Position numbers and translations under genes: made by a program. Shown here one piece after another: positions 28,229 through 37,710 of a stretch of DNA of 64,000 bases (positions are counted from its first letter, which is position 1; each line of letters opens with the position of its first letter). Below the pieces are notes generated by a model. The model did not search any database, was not told the origin of the DNA, and saw only the letters and a program-made list of their open reading frames with translations. Source of the DNA: a virus (lineage: Duplodnaviria; Caudoviricetes); the IMG/VR virus record IMGVR_UViG_3300032243_000596, positions 1 to 64,000 of that record. The stretch is one strand, 5' to 3'.

Positions 28229-29256
28229 ATTAAACCTTTAGATTGAGCTAGTTTGGCCAGTTCAAAGCTGGCCAAATTTTTGGCTTTACTTTCGCACATA
28301 ATGTCGTGTGTGCGAAGAAATTCTACAGCCCATTCACTCACCGCAGTATTCCAATAACAATCACTGTGAGCCCGTAGTTTTTGTTTTTTGTAACCCTCTA
28401 CAAGCAATGATGCGTGGCAGGGCATCGTGGTGGTATCGTGACCGATGAGGTAGTCTTCACGAGAGACGGAGTAATGTAAAGTAGGGCGCACACCGCGCCA
28501 ACTGTCAACCACCTGTTTAACACTATCGCTATTAGCATCAATGTATTCACCTTCTCTGATCCAATGATGATGTACATCGAGGACAGTAGGTACAAGATCA
28601 CGCAAACTGAGACAATCATTTAATCCCCAACTGTTTTCTTCGTTTTCAATCGTAATACAATTACGTGCTTCTGGACTTAACTGTCCATATACCTTGCGAA
28701 TACCTTCCGGTCCTCGCTTGCCTGATATATGTACGTTAATTTTAAAATCTTGGAATGTGCGACCATAGCCCATATAGCGGGCCATATCTGCGTGATATTC
28801 AAATTCTTCTACGCTACGCTGGACAATGGCATCTGATTCGCTGGCCAGCACCGTAAATTGACCAGGGTGCATACTGAGTCTTACATCTAGCTTTCTTGCA
28901 CTGTCCCCGACCCGCACAAATTCTTTTTCTAAATAGGCAATGACATCGGGCTTACGCCAGAAATAAGAATAAGTGGGTTCTGTATAGGCCGGAAGCATAT
29001 CACTGCCCAGACGAATCATACGTAGATGCTGATCCAGTGATCCAATTCGTTCAACCAGTAGGCGACTGGCTTCTATGTTTTGCGCCATCAAATCCCATAA
29101 CTTTTGCTCAGCAACTTCTTGTGTTTGACGTTTGAGCCAAGTTATGGTGGTGGTGCCAGTTTGATACTTTTTACAGTCATCTTTGGGTTTTATGCCCAGT
29201 ATTTGATCTGGGCGGTCAATCCATTTGCAGGCAAAACCGATACGTTTAGTAGTCAT
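28225..29256 (-). CDS. uvsE: UV-damage endonuclease (UvsE/UvdE)
   Basis: RIGFACK, RLSMHPGQF, ENEE, LDVHHH, MCESKAK; TTGACT-17-TATACT-5-ATG. Confidence 0.92.
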   Translation of the reverse strand: MTTKRIGFACKWIDRPDQILGIKPKDDCKKYQTGTTTITWLKRQTQEVAEQKLWDLMAQNIEASRLLVERIGSLDQHLRMIRLGSDMLPAYTEPTYSYFWRKPDVIAYLEKEFVRVGDSARKLDVRLSMHPGQFTVLASESDAIVQRSVEEFEYHADMARYMGYGRTFQDFKINVHISGKRGPEGIRKVYGQLSPEARNCITIENEENSWGLNDCLSLRDLVPTVLDVHHHWIREGEYIDANSDSVKQVVDSWRGVRPTLHYSVSREDYLIGHDTTTMPCHASLLVEGYKKQKLRAHSDCYWNTAVSEWAVEFLRTHDIMCESKAKNLASFELAKLAQSKGLI

Positions 29257-29290
29257 ACGCTAGTATAACACTGAATTGATTATTAGTCAA

Positions 29291-30007
29291 TCAGTTTTCG
29301 AAACAGATGCTGATTACGTGCTCGTAATTCTTTTTGATTAAACTCTTGTACATAATGTTTTTATGTACCAAAAAATTGGTTGAGCCAGCATCTGCACTGA
29401 ATTTGGCCAGTTGTTTGAAGAACAAGGCTCTGCGAGCGTAAGAACCTTTGAATTCAACCAAGGGACCTTGCATTTGGTAAACTGCTGTGTCCCAGGCATT
29501 CTTGTCCTTTTGGCTCCAATCGTGAATTTCGGTAAATGCGGTCAATTGGTTGTTGGCCCGAACCATAGCAGGTTGGCTATATTCACGATCTTTGAAATCT
29601 TGGTTTTTATAGTCTTTGACTGTGGTCACAACAATACCTTGACTGCTGTGGCACAGGCTTTTAATCAAGGCCAGTTGTTCATCTTCTGATGCGGCAAAAG
29701 TCAAGTATTCATCAAAGGCCACTACACAATCAAATTTACGCAGATCTGTATAGCGTTGTACTTTTATGCCCTGCTCTAACAACCATTGAAATACGTTATC
29801 GCTGACTTCGGCCACATAAATCTCTTTAACTTGAACTTTTAAGATGGCAGGATTAAAACCCACAAACAAGATGCTGTCGTATCCGGCATTATAGTACTCG
29901 CCAATCTTGTCAAGTATTTCGTGTTTTCTGTCGATTATTTCTGTTCGTTTTGTGTGCAGACAAAATGCGTCAAAGATCACATCACTATAATTTACAAATT
30001 GTGCCAT
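29291..30007 (-). CDS. degenerate class I methyltransferase-like protein
   Basis: ILFVG...FDCVVA pattern; lacks a clean GxGxG. Confidence 0.4.
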   Translation of the reverse strand: MAQFVNYSDVIFDAFCLHTKRTEIIDRKHEILDKIGEYYNAGYDSILFVGFNPAILKVQVKEIYVAEVSDNVFQWLLEQGIKVQRYTDLRKFDCVVAFDEYLTFAASEDEQLALIKSLCHSSQGIVVTTVKDYKNQDFKDREYSQPAMVRANNQLTAFTEIHDWSQKDKNAWDTAVYQMQGPLVEFKGSYARRALFFKQLAKFSADAGSTNFLVHKNIMYKSLIKKNYEHVISICFEN

Positions 30008-30033
30008 TTTTTAATTTTTGTTATACCAGCAAG

Positions 30034-31053
30034 TTATTTATAGTGTTCTCTTAATAAATCTAGAGTCACACAATGGAATCCCCCACCCAGTGTGCGACTG
30101 TGTCTCAGTTCCAATGGTACCACAGTCATCGACTGGCTTTCTAATTTTTTAATCAAGTCTCGTTGATTTTTATCTACTATCACTGTGTTGGGATCTAAAC
30201 TTAGTACATTCAAGGCAATCCATTTGCTAGCATAAGGGTATTGATAAAAACTTTGCGGTACAACGTCGTCTACGTAGATCTTGTCCCACTTTTTAAACAG
30301 TTCAGGACAATTATAGTCATTGACCCTGCTGCCATTGAGTAATACTAGACCATCTCGCAATACGCTTATTGTACTATCTATATGTGCATAGGAGTATAGG
30401 TTATCGACAAGATGTACACGATATTGTTTACCTAAAATATTTTGTAACCAACGAGCACCAATACGATTGCCTGTGTTGCTGACAAGATAAAGAATGTCAT
30501 CGTTGTGTCTAAGTATATTGGCGGCATCAAATATAGGTTCAGTTTCCGTTAGTTCAACATTGTCATCCACAATATAGTTTTCGTGTGTGAGTAAACGCGG
30601 CCGGGGTGCTGATATCCAACGTGCATCATCAGCAACGGCACTTTGTTTGATTTTCCAATAGGCGTTGCTTTCCATTTGACGACTGCGATAGGTCATTGGT
30701 GCTTCAATGACAACATCGTCCACAACTAACAAGACATCACGGGGGCAATAGTTATACATACCATCAGTTTCCCACTCGTGTGTTTTCACTATGTGGGCGT
30801 GATCTAGATCTTTGGGGCGATGAACCTTGACGCCAAAATTACGTAGAGCCAAACAAAGATCTTCAAGATCCTCATTGGCTTCATCAACTATGTGCTGTGG
30901 GAAAGGTCCGTGGGGCAAGGGTGTTTCTTTCCAGGCTGTTACCTCCTGGTTGTAGTTAAATATTTCATCTAACAGGGGGAAACGAGCACCTGTTGCGTCT
31001 CCCACCACACAGGTCTTTAAGGTGTCGTATTCATTACGACTTGAAATTTTCAT
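30034..31053 (-). CDS. amidinotransferase (glycine/inosamine-phosphate family)
   Basis: YNYCPRD, FDAAN, HIDST, GGGFHCVTLD. Confidence 0.9.
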   Translation of the reverse strand: MKISSRNEYDTLKTCVVGDATGARFPLLDEIFNYNQEVTAWKETPLPHGPFPQHIVDEANEDLEDLCLALRNFGVKVHRPKDLDHAHIVKTHEWETDGMYNYCPRDVLLVVDDVVIEAPMTYRSRQMESNAYWKIKQSAVADDARWISAPRPRLLTHENYIVDDNVELTETEPIFDAANILRHNDDILYLVSNTGNRIGARWLQNILGKQYRVHLVDNLYSYAHIDSTISVLRDGLVLLNGSRVNDYNCPELFKKWDKIYVDDVVPQSFYQYPYASKWIALNVLSLDPNTVIVDKNQRDLIKKLESQSMTVVPLELRHSRTLGGGFHCVTLDLLREHYK

Positions 31054-31568
31054 TTGTATCCGGTAATTTGTAGCGTGTATCTTGGCAATAGGCCAAGATT
31101 AGCAGCCATATGTTCAACATCATAACGCCATTCAACAGCGTCACCTGCTCGCCAGCCTGTTATGGCCCGGCCGTCTATTTCAAAATAGTGTCCCGAAGAC
31201 CAATCTTCTAAAAATACTATAGTACGATAGATCCAGTATTCTTGTCCTTGTAGCTTTAATAGGTCTATATAGCGTGTGTATAGATCCCTGTGTGCCGGCA
31301 GTACAGTATTTGTATCCATACGATAGTAACTGGTTCCTATTTCTTTGTAGCCCCTAGCTTCAAATATGCGTATAAAACGCTCATTCCAGCTGGGTTGGGG
31401 TCTACGCATATCACACATAGCACCAGTAAAAGGCCCAGTATAGCCCTGAGTGGTCCATAGAGCTAGACTTACTGGGTCATTAAACGGTTCCAGGACGTAG
31501 TCTAATTGCTTGTACTCGTCGTCCCAGAACTGATTTATGTGTAGTTTATTGACCTCTAGTGTTGCCAT
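31050..31568 (-). CDS. 2OG-Fe(II)/AspH-like oxygenase
   Basis: LPAHRD...EHMAAN...RYTLQITG. Confidence 0.7.
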   Translation of the reverse strand: MATLEVNKLHINQFWDDEYKQLDYVLEPFNDPVSLALWTTQGYTGPFTGAMCDMRRPQPSWNERFIRIFEARGYKEIGTSYYRMDTNTVLPAHRDLYTRYIDLLKLQGQEYWIYRTIVFLEDWSSGHYFEIDGRAITGWRAGDAVEWRYDVEHMAANLGLLPRYTLQITGYK

Positions 31569-32793
31569 AGTGGATTACTTGTACATTGCCGGTTGGTTGC
31601 AATTTACGCCAAGGATCAACAATAACACTGCCAGGTTTGATATCACAGTAGGCCTGTGTATCTGCTTGTTCACCGGTATACTCATATGTGATCTTACGAT
31701 TGTGTGCCCAGAGGAAAATAGCAGGACCGTCAATTGAATCGACAACCTCATCCTTGTTGTCTGCCAGCGGATCAATGTAGACAACAGGCAAACCTGCTTC
31801 TTTAATATAGTGACCAACCAGTGTTGAATAGCTGCCAATACAGTATTCAACATCTGGCTTGTAGGCCTTGCCGTGAATAACGACAGGTAGTCCGGTTGCA
31901 CGAGATTGTTCCACTAGGAATAGTCCTAGATTCTTGGCCTGAACTTCACGGGCGTGCATAATGGTATCAAACAGATCGTAACCTACTTCGTAGTGTTCAG
32001 CTAACCAACGTAAGGCAATATTGTCACGTGGGTGGCAAGCACCTGCATCGCCCATACCTGCTGTCATATACTTGGGTCCTTGCAAGCGCATAGTGCTGCG
32101 AGCCAATGCGTTGGTGACCACATCAACGTTAATATTGCCAATCTTCATAGCAAAGTCTTGGATCATATTAACAATACCAACTTTGGCACTGATGTAGGTG
32201 TTATAGAAAATCTTAATAGCTTCGCACTCATCCCAAGTGCCGATTTCATAACGTGGATCATTTTGCATCATAGTCTTGTATAGGGCAATTAGTTCGCCGG
32301 CAACGCCAGTCATCTCACCGTCTTCGGTACCGATGATGACCATCTCTGGATTGGCCATATCCCACTTGACACTGCCCATAGCAATTAGATAAGGATTATA
32401 CAAGAACTGATGACGCTGGTCTAGCAAAGTAATAAACTTGCTGCGTGTTGTGCCTGGCAATACGGTACTGATCAATACAACCTTTTTGCTAGTGGTAGCA
32501 TACTTGTTGACTTTATTAATGGCATCAATGACTGCATCGTGACCAAAGTCTTTGGGAGTCATATGACTTGATGGAACACTACCGTCGTAACCTTCTGCGT
32601 GTGGTGTAGGTACTGCAATAAAGATCCACTCTGCATTGACACAGAGCTCTTCGATATCACAAACCTTGACTGAGTCACTGGTTCTGGGGTAAATATCATA
32701 ACCCCAGACATCGTGTTTTTCGGCCATAACTTCGGCGCAATCAAGACCTAGTTTGCCGATACCAATAAATCCAATTTTTTTCTTTTCTAACAT
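31546..32793 (-). CDS. ugd: UDP-glucose/GDP-mannose 6-dehydrogenase family protein
   Basis: GIGKLG, AVPTP, YNPY, EAIKIFYN, GMGDAGACHPRD, AYKP. Confidence 0.88.
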   Translation of the reverse strand: MLEKKKIGFIGIGKLGLDCAEVMAEKHDVWGYDIYPRTSDSVKVCDIEELCVNAEWIFIAVPTPHAEGYDGSVPSSHMTPKDFGHDAVIDAINKVNKYATTSKKVVLISTVLPGTTRSKFITLLDQRHQFLYNPYLIAMGSVKWDMANPEMVIIGTEDGEMTGVAGELIALYKTMMQNDPRYEIGTWDECEAIKIFYNTYISAKVGIVNMIQDFAMKIGNINVDVVTNALARSTMRLQGPKYMTAGMGDAGACHPRDNIALRWLAEHYEVGYDLFDTIMHAREVQAKNLGLFLVEQSRATGLPVVIHGKAYKPDVEYCIGSYSTLVGHYIKEAGLPVVYIDPLADNKDEVVDSIDGPAIFLWAHNRKITYEYTGEQADTQAYCDIKPGSVIVDPWRKLQPTGNVQVIHYGNTRGQ

Positions 32794-32794
32794 A

Positions 32795-33994
32795 ATGTTT
32801 TCCTTAGATAATTTCTATTACGTATTATACAAAAATTTGTTGAAGCCTGTACAGCTTCCCCCGCTCTTTTTTAGTAAATTTGGATCAACAAATAAAGACG
32901 ACTTAGAATTAGATAACTTTGATAGAAGCATTAATAATAAAAATAAAAGAGACAATTTTCAAAATGATTTATGTTTTTTTTATGATCAAGAACCCTTGAT
33001 AGTGGAATTACTTGAAAATATTGATCATCATCTTTTCTTACATCAAACTACTTTAAAAGTTTTCGCAAATAGTGAAAAGTCAGAATACAAAAAAATCTAT
33101 TGTAAAAACAATAATTTTTTAGATTGGTATTATTTCTTTCACGGATTTGCGGCATTAGATTGGTATCGAGATTATAAGTATATCCCCAAAGTTGAAAACA
33201 AATTTAGTAAAGTATTTATATCCTTAAACAGACTGGTCGTAAAAGATAGAAGTTACAGACTTAATCTGGTGGCCAATTATATGGAACAAGGCTTGTTAGA
33301 ATATGGACACGTGAGTTTGGGGTTGATCAACAATGACTGGAAAGAAGAGGTAACATATTCTAATTCTAAGCTCAGCACTCAAGCCAAAGGTAAAATATTA
33401 AAATACATAAGTTGTCTAAAAGGTCCGTTAATAGTGGATCAAGAAAACGTCCCTGGATATGCAAGTGCTGGATCAGGGGACAACGAAATGATGTTACAAC
33501 AAAGTGCTTTGTGGCACGTGGTATCAGAAACTGTATTTTATTATCCTAAACTTCACCTAACAGAAAAAATTTTTAAACCTATTGTACATCGAAGACCTTT
33601 TATACTCGTCGCAGCTCCGGGTAATCTTGCTTATCTAAAAAGTTACGGATTTAAAACATTCGACCGGTGGATAGACGAAAGTTACGATACTATTGAAGAC
33701 AACGATCAGCGTATACAAGCCATTACTCAGGAGCTGGCAAAATTGTGCAAATTAAATCGGGAAGAGCTAGAAACAATGTACCAAGAAATGCAAGAAATAT
33801 TGGACTATAATTTCAATCATTTCTATGGAGATTTTAATCGAATTATAGTTGACGAGCTAGTAGATAATTTTCGATGGGTTCTTTCACGATGGAATAACGG
33901 AAGATTTGATATAGACGGTAGAGGAGTATTGCGTGACTATACACCGACCGATCACATAGACTTTGAAGCTGTCAAGCAACGTCTTCTTGGCTGA
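32795..33994 (+). CDS. GT-B/exostosin-like hypothetical protein (family member 1 of 3)
   Basis: SETVF...LTEKIFKPI...GFKTFDRWIDESYD; start MFSLD. Confidence 0.65.
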   Translation: MFSLDNFYYVLYKNLLKPVQLPPLFFSKFGSTNKDDLELDNFDRSINNKNKRDNFQNDLCFFYDQEPLIVELLENIDHHLFLHQTTLKVFANSEKSEYKKIYCKNNNFLDWYYFFHGFAALDWYRDYKYIPKVENKFSKVFISLNRLVVKDRSYRLNLVANYMEQGLLEYGHVSLGLINNDWKEEVTYSNSKLSTQAKGKILKYISCLKGPLIVDQENVPGYASAGSGDNEMMLQQSALWHVVSETVFYYPKLHLTEKIFKPIVHRRPFILVAAPGNLAYLKSYGFKTFDRWIDESYDTIEDNDQRIQAITQELAKLCKLNREELETMYQEMQEILDYNFNHFYGDFNRIIVDELVDNFRWVLSRWNNGRFDIDGRGVLRDYTPTDHIDFEAVKQRLLG

Positions 33995-34286
33995 CTATGC
34001 GGTTGACGATTTCGTCATAGAAACTGTCCAACTCACCAGCAAAGCAACCCTTTAGTTGGGGTGCAACATCTTTGCAAAATTCATAGTTACCATTGTAGTA
34101 TTCAGCAACGAACCTGCTGTGTAAATCCTTTAAGTGGTCCAGGTTGACCAACTCCATAACAGGCACGTTGGACACAACACAAAATGCCTTAATTTCTTTG
34201 CCGTCTCTTATAAATGTTTCCAACTCTAAGACAGTATAGTTACTGTTAAGTGCGTCAGCTGCTTCTTGTCCTAATATGATTTGCAT
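33972..34286 (-). CDS. hypothetical protein
   Basis: ORF in operon; GELDSFYDEI. Confidence 0.7.
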   Translation of the reverse strand: MQIILGQEAADALNSNYTVLELETFIRDGKEIKAFCVVSNVPVMELVNLDHLKDLHSRFVAEYYNGNYEFCKDVAPQLKGCFAGELDSFYDEIVNRIVSQEDVA

Positions 34287-34708
34287 ACTGTTAAATCCTC
34301 TAATGCGTTAACAATTTGAAGTATATCCATACTGTGCTGACTATACCCTTCAGTTACTGTATTCAAGTAACCTTCGCCGGGCACATCCAAATCAAACCCC
34401 GGGGGCATAAAATATATCATAGCACGTACATTTTTATTGTTGTACTTGACTGTAACTTCTTTTTTATTATAAAATTCTGGATACCCTTCCAGTTTGTCCA
34501 GACTGCGTTCACAATCTTCTGTAATGGTCCACAAAGCACATTCCATAGCGTGGCCCGGTGTGTATTCAGCATCGCAGAATCTTTTAAATACCAATCGATG
34601 ATCATCCAGTGTAACTTTGCCTAAACTTTCAGCACTGGGGCAACGCCACCGCATTGAGTTCAAGTTGGTGTTCATTCCGTAAGCGAGATAGTGAGTTTTT
34701 GTTTTCAT
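34271..34708 (-). CDS. gamma-glutamylcyclotransferase (AIG2-like)
   Basis: YLAYGMNTN, LDKLEGYP. Confidence 0.85.
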   Translation of the reverse strand: MKTKTHYLAYGMNTNLNSMRWRCPSAESLGKVTLDDHRLVFKRFCDAEYTPGHAMECALWTITEDCERSLDKLEGYPEFYNKKEVTVKYNNKNVRAMIYFMPPGFDLDVPGEGYLNTVTEGYSQHSMDILQIVNALEDLTVCKSY

Positions 34709-35235
34709 AGTTCAGTTAATTTGTGACGGCGGACTGCGTCTTGTACTGCTTGTGCTTGACTGACTGCGTCGGCCAAAGCATTGTGCAATAGTGCTCCGCC
34801 TCGGCGACTATCTCCAAGAGCCTTGAGCAGGGTTCTGCTGTCGCGTATGTTGTAGTATAGCCAGGGACAAGGCTTTCCCATTTGTCTATATAAGTTTTCG
34901 ATAATAACAATATCAAAAACAGGACCTTGTGCCCAAATACGATCAGTGCCCACAAGAAATCGATTTAACTGGTGCGTAAATGTTTCCAGATCCACACGGT
35001 CGTGTTCACCCAATGCTTCTTCTCTGATTTCTTCACTTTGTGTACCCCACCATTCAACAGTGCCGGCATCCACGTGACGACCCAAGGCAATCTGCTCATC
35101 TACATCAACACGTAGATAAAGACCATCAGTAAGATCTTTACTGTCGTCAAAGGGATCAAACTTAATTGCACCAAAAGTAAGGATAACGCTGTTGGGGCTG
35201 GTGGCCAGCGTTTCCAGATCAAGCATTGTGTCCAT
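34705..35235 (-). CDS. DEDDh 3'-5' exonuclease (Rv2179c/DUF5051-like)
   Basis: MLDLETL, WAQGPVFD, RDSRT, HNALAD. Confidence 0.88.
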   Translation of the reverse strand: MDTMLDLETLATSPNSVILTFGAIKFDPFDDSKDLTDGLYLRVDVDEQIALGRHVDAGTVEWWGTQSEEIREEALGEHDRVDLETFTHQLNRFLVGTDRIWAQGPVFDIVIIENLYRQMGKPCPWLYYNIRDSRTLLKALGDSRRGGALLHNALADAVSQAQAVQDAVRRHKLTEL

Positions 35236-35550
35236 TTAGGCCTCGGGCTCTAATTTAACTACCAAAGGAAATCCGTTGTTACGGGCCAACATAGTTACTT
35301 CTACACCTTTTTGCTCGGCCATTTCAAAAGGATATGTGGCCACCACTGCAGATCCTTCTTCGTGAATTTTCATAGTTATGTCTTCAGCCGCCATATGATC
35401 ATAGTTAAAAATTATAACCAAGGTTTCCACAACAAACTCTTGTGTAGTGACTTCGTCATTGATGTAGATCACATTATAACGAACCGGTTCAGGAATATCT
35501 TCCTTGGGTTTGATTTTGGTAATGGGTTTGGTATCTGTTGCAGTTGTCAT
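35236..35550 (-). CDS. clpS: Clp protease adaptor ClpS
   Basis: YNVIYINDEVTTQEFVV...IHEEGSAVV...EIA-equivalent AEQK...GFPL. Confidence 0.9.
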   Translation of the reverse strand: MTTATDTKPITKIKPKEDIPEPVRYNVIYINDEVTTQEFVVETLVIIFNYDHMAAEDITMKIHEEGSAVVATYPFEMAEQKGVEVTMLARNNGFPLVVKLEPEA

Positions 35551-35566
35551 ATAGTTGAAATTCAAA

Positions 35567-35590
35567 TAGGGGAGAACAATCTCTCCCCTA
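35567..35590 (-). terminator. terminator overlapped by a sigma70 promoter (35592-35620)
   Basis: TAGGGGAGA-GATTGT-TCTCCCCTA-TTT. Confidence 0.7.
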
Positions 35591-35609
35591 TATTATAACA
35601 CCAATAGCA

Positions 35610-36053
35610 TTATTTTGCAAATGTTATGGCGATCTTCTTGGCTTTTTGCTCTTCTGGAATAACGTGTTCCAAAGCAATGGCTAAAATACCGTTTTGAACT
35701 GTGGCGGCCTTGACTCGAACTTCGGGGTTCAAAGTGAAGGTACGCTCAAAGTTACGAGTACTGATGCCCTTGTGGGTATAAGTGATCTCGGGTTCTTTTT
35801 TCTCTTTGGTACCTTTTACAGTTAAAACGTTGTCTTTGAGTTCAACGTCAACTTCGCTTTCAGCAAAGCCTGCCACGGCAACTTCGATCACATAGTGTGT
35901 ATCGTCCAATTGGGCAATATTATATGGAGGATAGTTGTCGCTTGAACGGCTATTGGCAAACGTTCTGTTCATTTCGTCAAACAGACGGTCAAAGCCAATG
36001 GCGTGACGGTGTAAGTTAGGTAAGTCAAGAGTACGGATTTGGAATTGTGTCAT
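35610..36053 (-). CDS. ibpA: small heat-shock protein Hsp20 (IbpA-like)
   Basis: IGFDRLF, YPPYNI, EVAVAGF, HKGISTRNFER, NGIL. Confidence 0.95.
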   Translation of the reverse strand: MTQFQIRTLDLPNLHRHAIGFDRLFDEMNRTFANSRSSDNYPPYNIAQLDDTHYVIEVAVAGFAESEVDVELKDNVLTVKGTKEKKEPEITYTHKGISTRNFERTFTLNPEVRVKAATVQNGILAIALEHVIPEEQKAKKIAITFAK

Positions 36054-36060
36054 TTTATTT

Positions 36061-36120
36061 CTCCTTTAATAAGCAAGTTATGACATTTGAAATGTAGCCC
36101 CACCCGGGCACTACACATTT
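36061..36120 (-). promoter_or_regulatory. ROSE-like RNA thermometer 5' UTR
   Basis: upstream hairpin plus CUUGCU-UAUUAA-AGGAG; promoter TTGACT-17-TATAAT at 36125-36153. Confidence 0.6.
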
Positions 36121-36149
36121 ATTTATTATACTTGAATCAAAAATTAAAG

Positions 36150-36419
36150 TCAATTGGATTTGGGAGGACTCATTGGCTCCACCAGTCTATAGTCTATGCT
36201 ACTGGCCCATCTGCTGTATTTTGGATTCCAGGTCAATCCAAAAAATGTATAAATTTCTGGATCTTCAAAAAATACTCTCAGTGTGTATTTTACCAATTTT
36301 TCTTTGTAATCAATGTGGTACTTTTCGGACCAAGCAGTTAGATCACGTCTCACATAATAAAGTGCATTGGCTGCGGATTGACCGCCTGCTCCAAGTGGCA
36401 AACGGAATTCTAAATACAT
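36150..36419 (-). CDS. hypothetical protein
   Basis: TAATG-coupled to rpsU. Confidence 0.65.
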   Translation of the reverse strand: MYLEFRLPLGAGGQSAANALYYVRRDLTAWSEKYHIDYKEKLVKYTLRVFFEDPEIYTFFGLTWNPKYSRWASSIDYRLVEPMSPPKSN

Positions 36420-36664
36420 TAGTACAATTTTTTGGGCAACTGCTGTGCCGCTAGTTTCTTATTCCAGCGATTCTTGGCTGCGCTGGCGGCCCGTTTACGG
36501 CCGGTGGTGGGCTTTTCATAAAATTCACGATCCCGCAACTCTTGCAACTTACCGCTGTCGGCCACTTTCTTTTTAAATTTACGCAAAGCCTTTTCCACTT
36601 GGTCGTCTTTGACGTAGACTTTACTGCCAGGTGCTATGGGCTTGTTTGCACGATCAAAACTCAT
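36419..36664 (-). CDS. rpsU: 30S ribosomal protein bS21
   Basis: VEKALRKFKKKV...ELRDREFYEKPT..RKR. Confidence 0.93.
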   Translation of the reverse strand: MSFDRANKPIAPGSKVYVKDDQVEKALRKFKKKVADSGKLQELRDREFYEKPTTGRKRAASAAKNRWNKKLAAQQLPKKLY

Positions 36665-36926
36665 CGTCCAATTTCCTTAACCAGCTGACAAAGTCCCCGT
36701 CCCGAACGTGGCGGCAGTCAATGACCTTGTTGACCATACCCCTTAGTCCTTCAAACCATTGTGGATCATTCATCGAGTCGTTGTACAAATAAATGTCATA
36801 GGGTTTGTCACTGAGTTGAAGCAAAATTGCCTTGGTTTCTTCTTCCGTCCACCTACAGTTTCTAATCAATACTTTGGGTATCGAAGGATCTAGATCCATA
36901 TCGGGCGGTGTGATAAATCTTGGCAT
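36654..36926 (-). CDS. hypothetical protein
   Basis: ORF in operon. Confidence 0.65.
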   Translation of the reverse strand: MPRFITPPDMDLDPSIPKVLIRNCRWTEEETKAILLQLSDKPYDIYLYNDSMNDPQWFEGLRGMVNKVIDCRHVRDGDFVSWLRKLDDEF

Positions 36927-36933
36927 AATGTCC

Positions 36934-37710
36934 TTAAAGTTTGGCAGTAATCATAAGGTGCCAGCCAAGGGCACGTTCCATAATTTTAAATAGTTCAGGC
37001 GGCATTGCCTCAAACCACGGCTGCTTTACATATTCGTATTTAACATAGTGTTCAATATTCCAGGGAAAAATAAAGTCCTGATCCACTGAGATATCCTTAA
37101 ATCCTGCGTGTCTAAACAAGGTATGCGCTTCATCTTTAGTGTAAGTTACCGCCTGGGGACAATTATCCTGTGCTTCAGGCTGATCCCACCCTGCATCAAT
37201 CAATATATTTTTCCAGCTGTTTTTGGCGTAAAGCATACACTTGACTTGCCCGTCTGGATTAAGCATTCGGGGCAAATTGGCCACTACACGTTCAGGACGA
37301 GGTGCGTGATGGATCACACCAAAACTGTAGATTAAATCAAACTTTTCGTGCGGATCAAATACAAGATTCAATTCTTCGGCGTTGCATTCAATGAAGTCGC
37401 CTGTTAATCCAAACACTTCAAAACGTTGTCGTGCCAGTTTAATACTTTCACCGCTTAGATCCACGCCCGTATATCGGGCACCCGCACGGGCAAAATTGGT
37501 AGCATCTGTACCTATGCCACAACCAATTTCTAAAACTCGTTTACCTGCCCAGCGATCAAACTGGGGAAAGGTATAATTGTGCGGTTCGTTGGCATAGCGT
37601 CGTGCTTCTACTTCATCAAAGTATTCTTGAGTGCCTATGGGGCTAGTACTGTGTTTGATATTACAGGGACGATTATTCCAATATTGTCTTACTTGTTCGA
37701 TGGTTACCAT
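36934..37710 (-). CDS. class I SAM-dependent methyltransferase
   Basis: [28 protein letters not shown]. Confidence 0.9.
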   Translation of the reverse strand: MVTIEQVRQYWNNRPCNIKHSTSPIGTQEYFDEVEARRYANEPHNYTFPQFDRWAGKRVLEIGCGIGTDATNFARAGARYTGVDLSGESIKLARQRFEVFGLTGDFIECNAEELNLVFDPHEKFDLIYSFGVIHHAPRPERVVANLPRMLNPDGQVKCMLYAKNSWKNILIDAGWDQPEAQDNCPQAVTYTKDEAHTLFRHAGFKDISVDQDFIFPWNIEHYVKYEYVKQPWFEAMPPELFKIMERALGWHLMITAKL

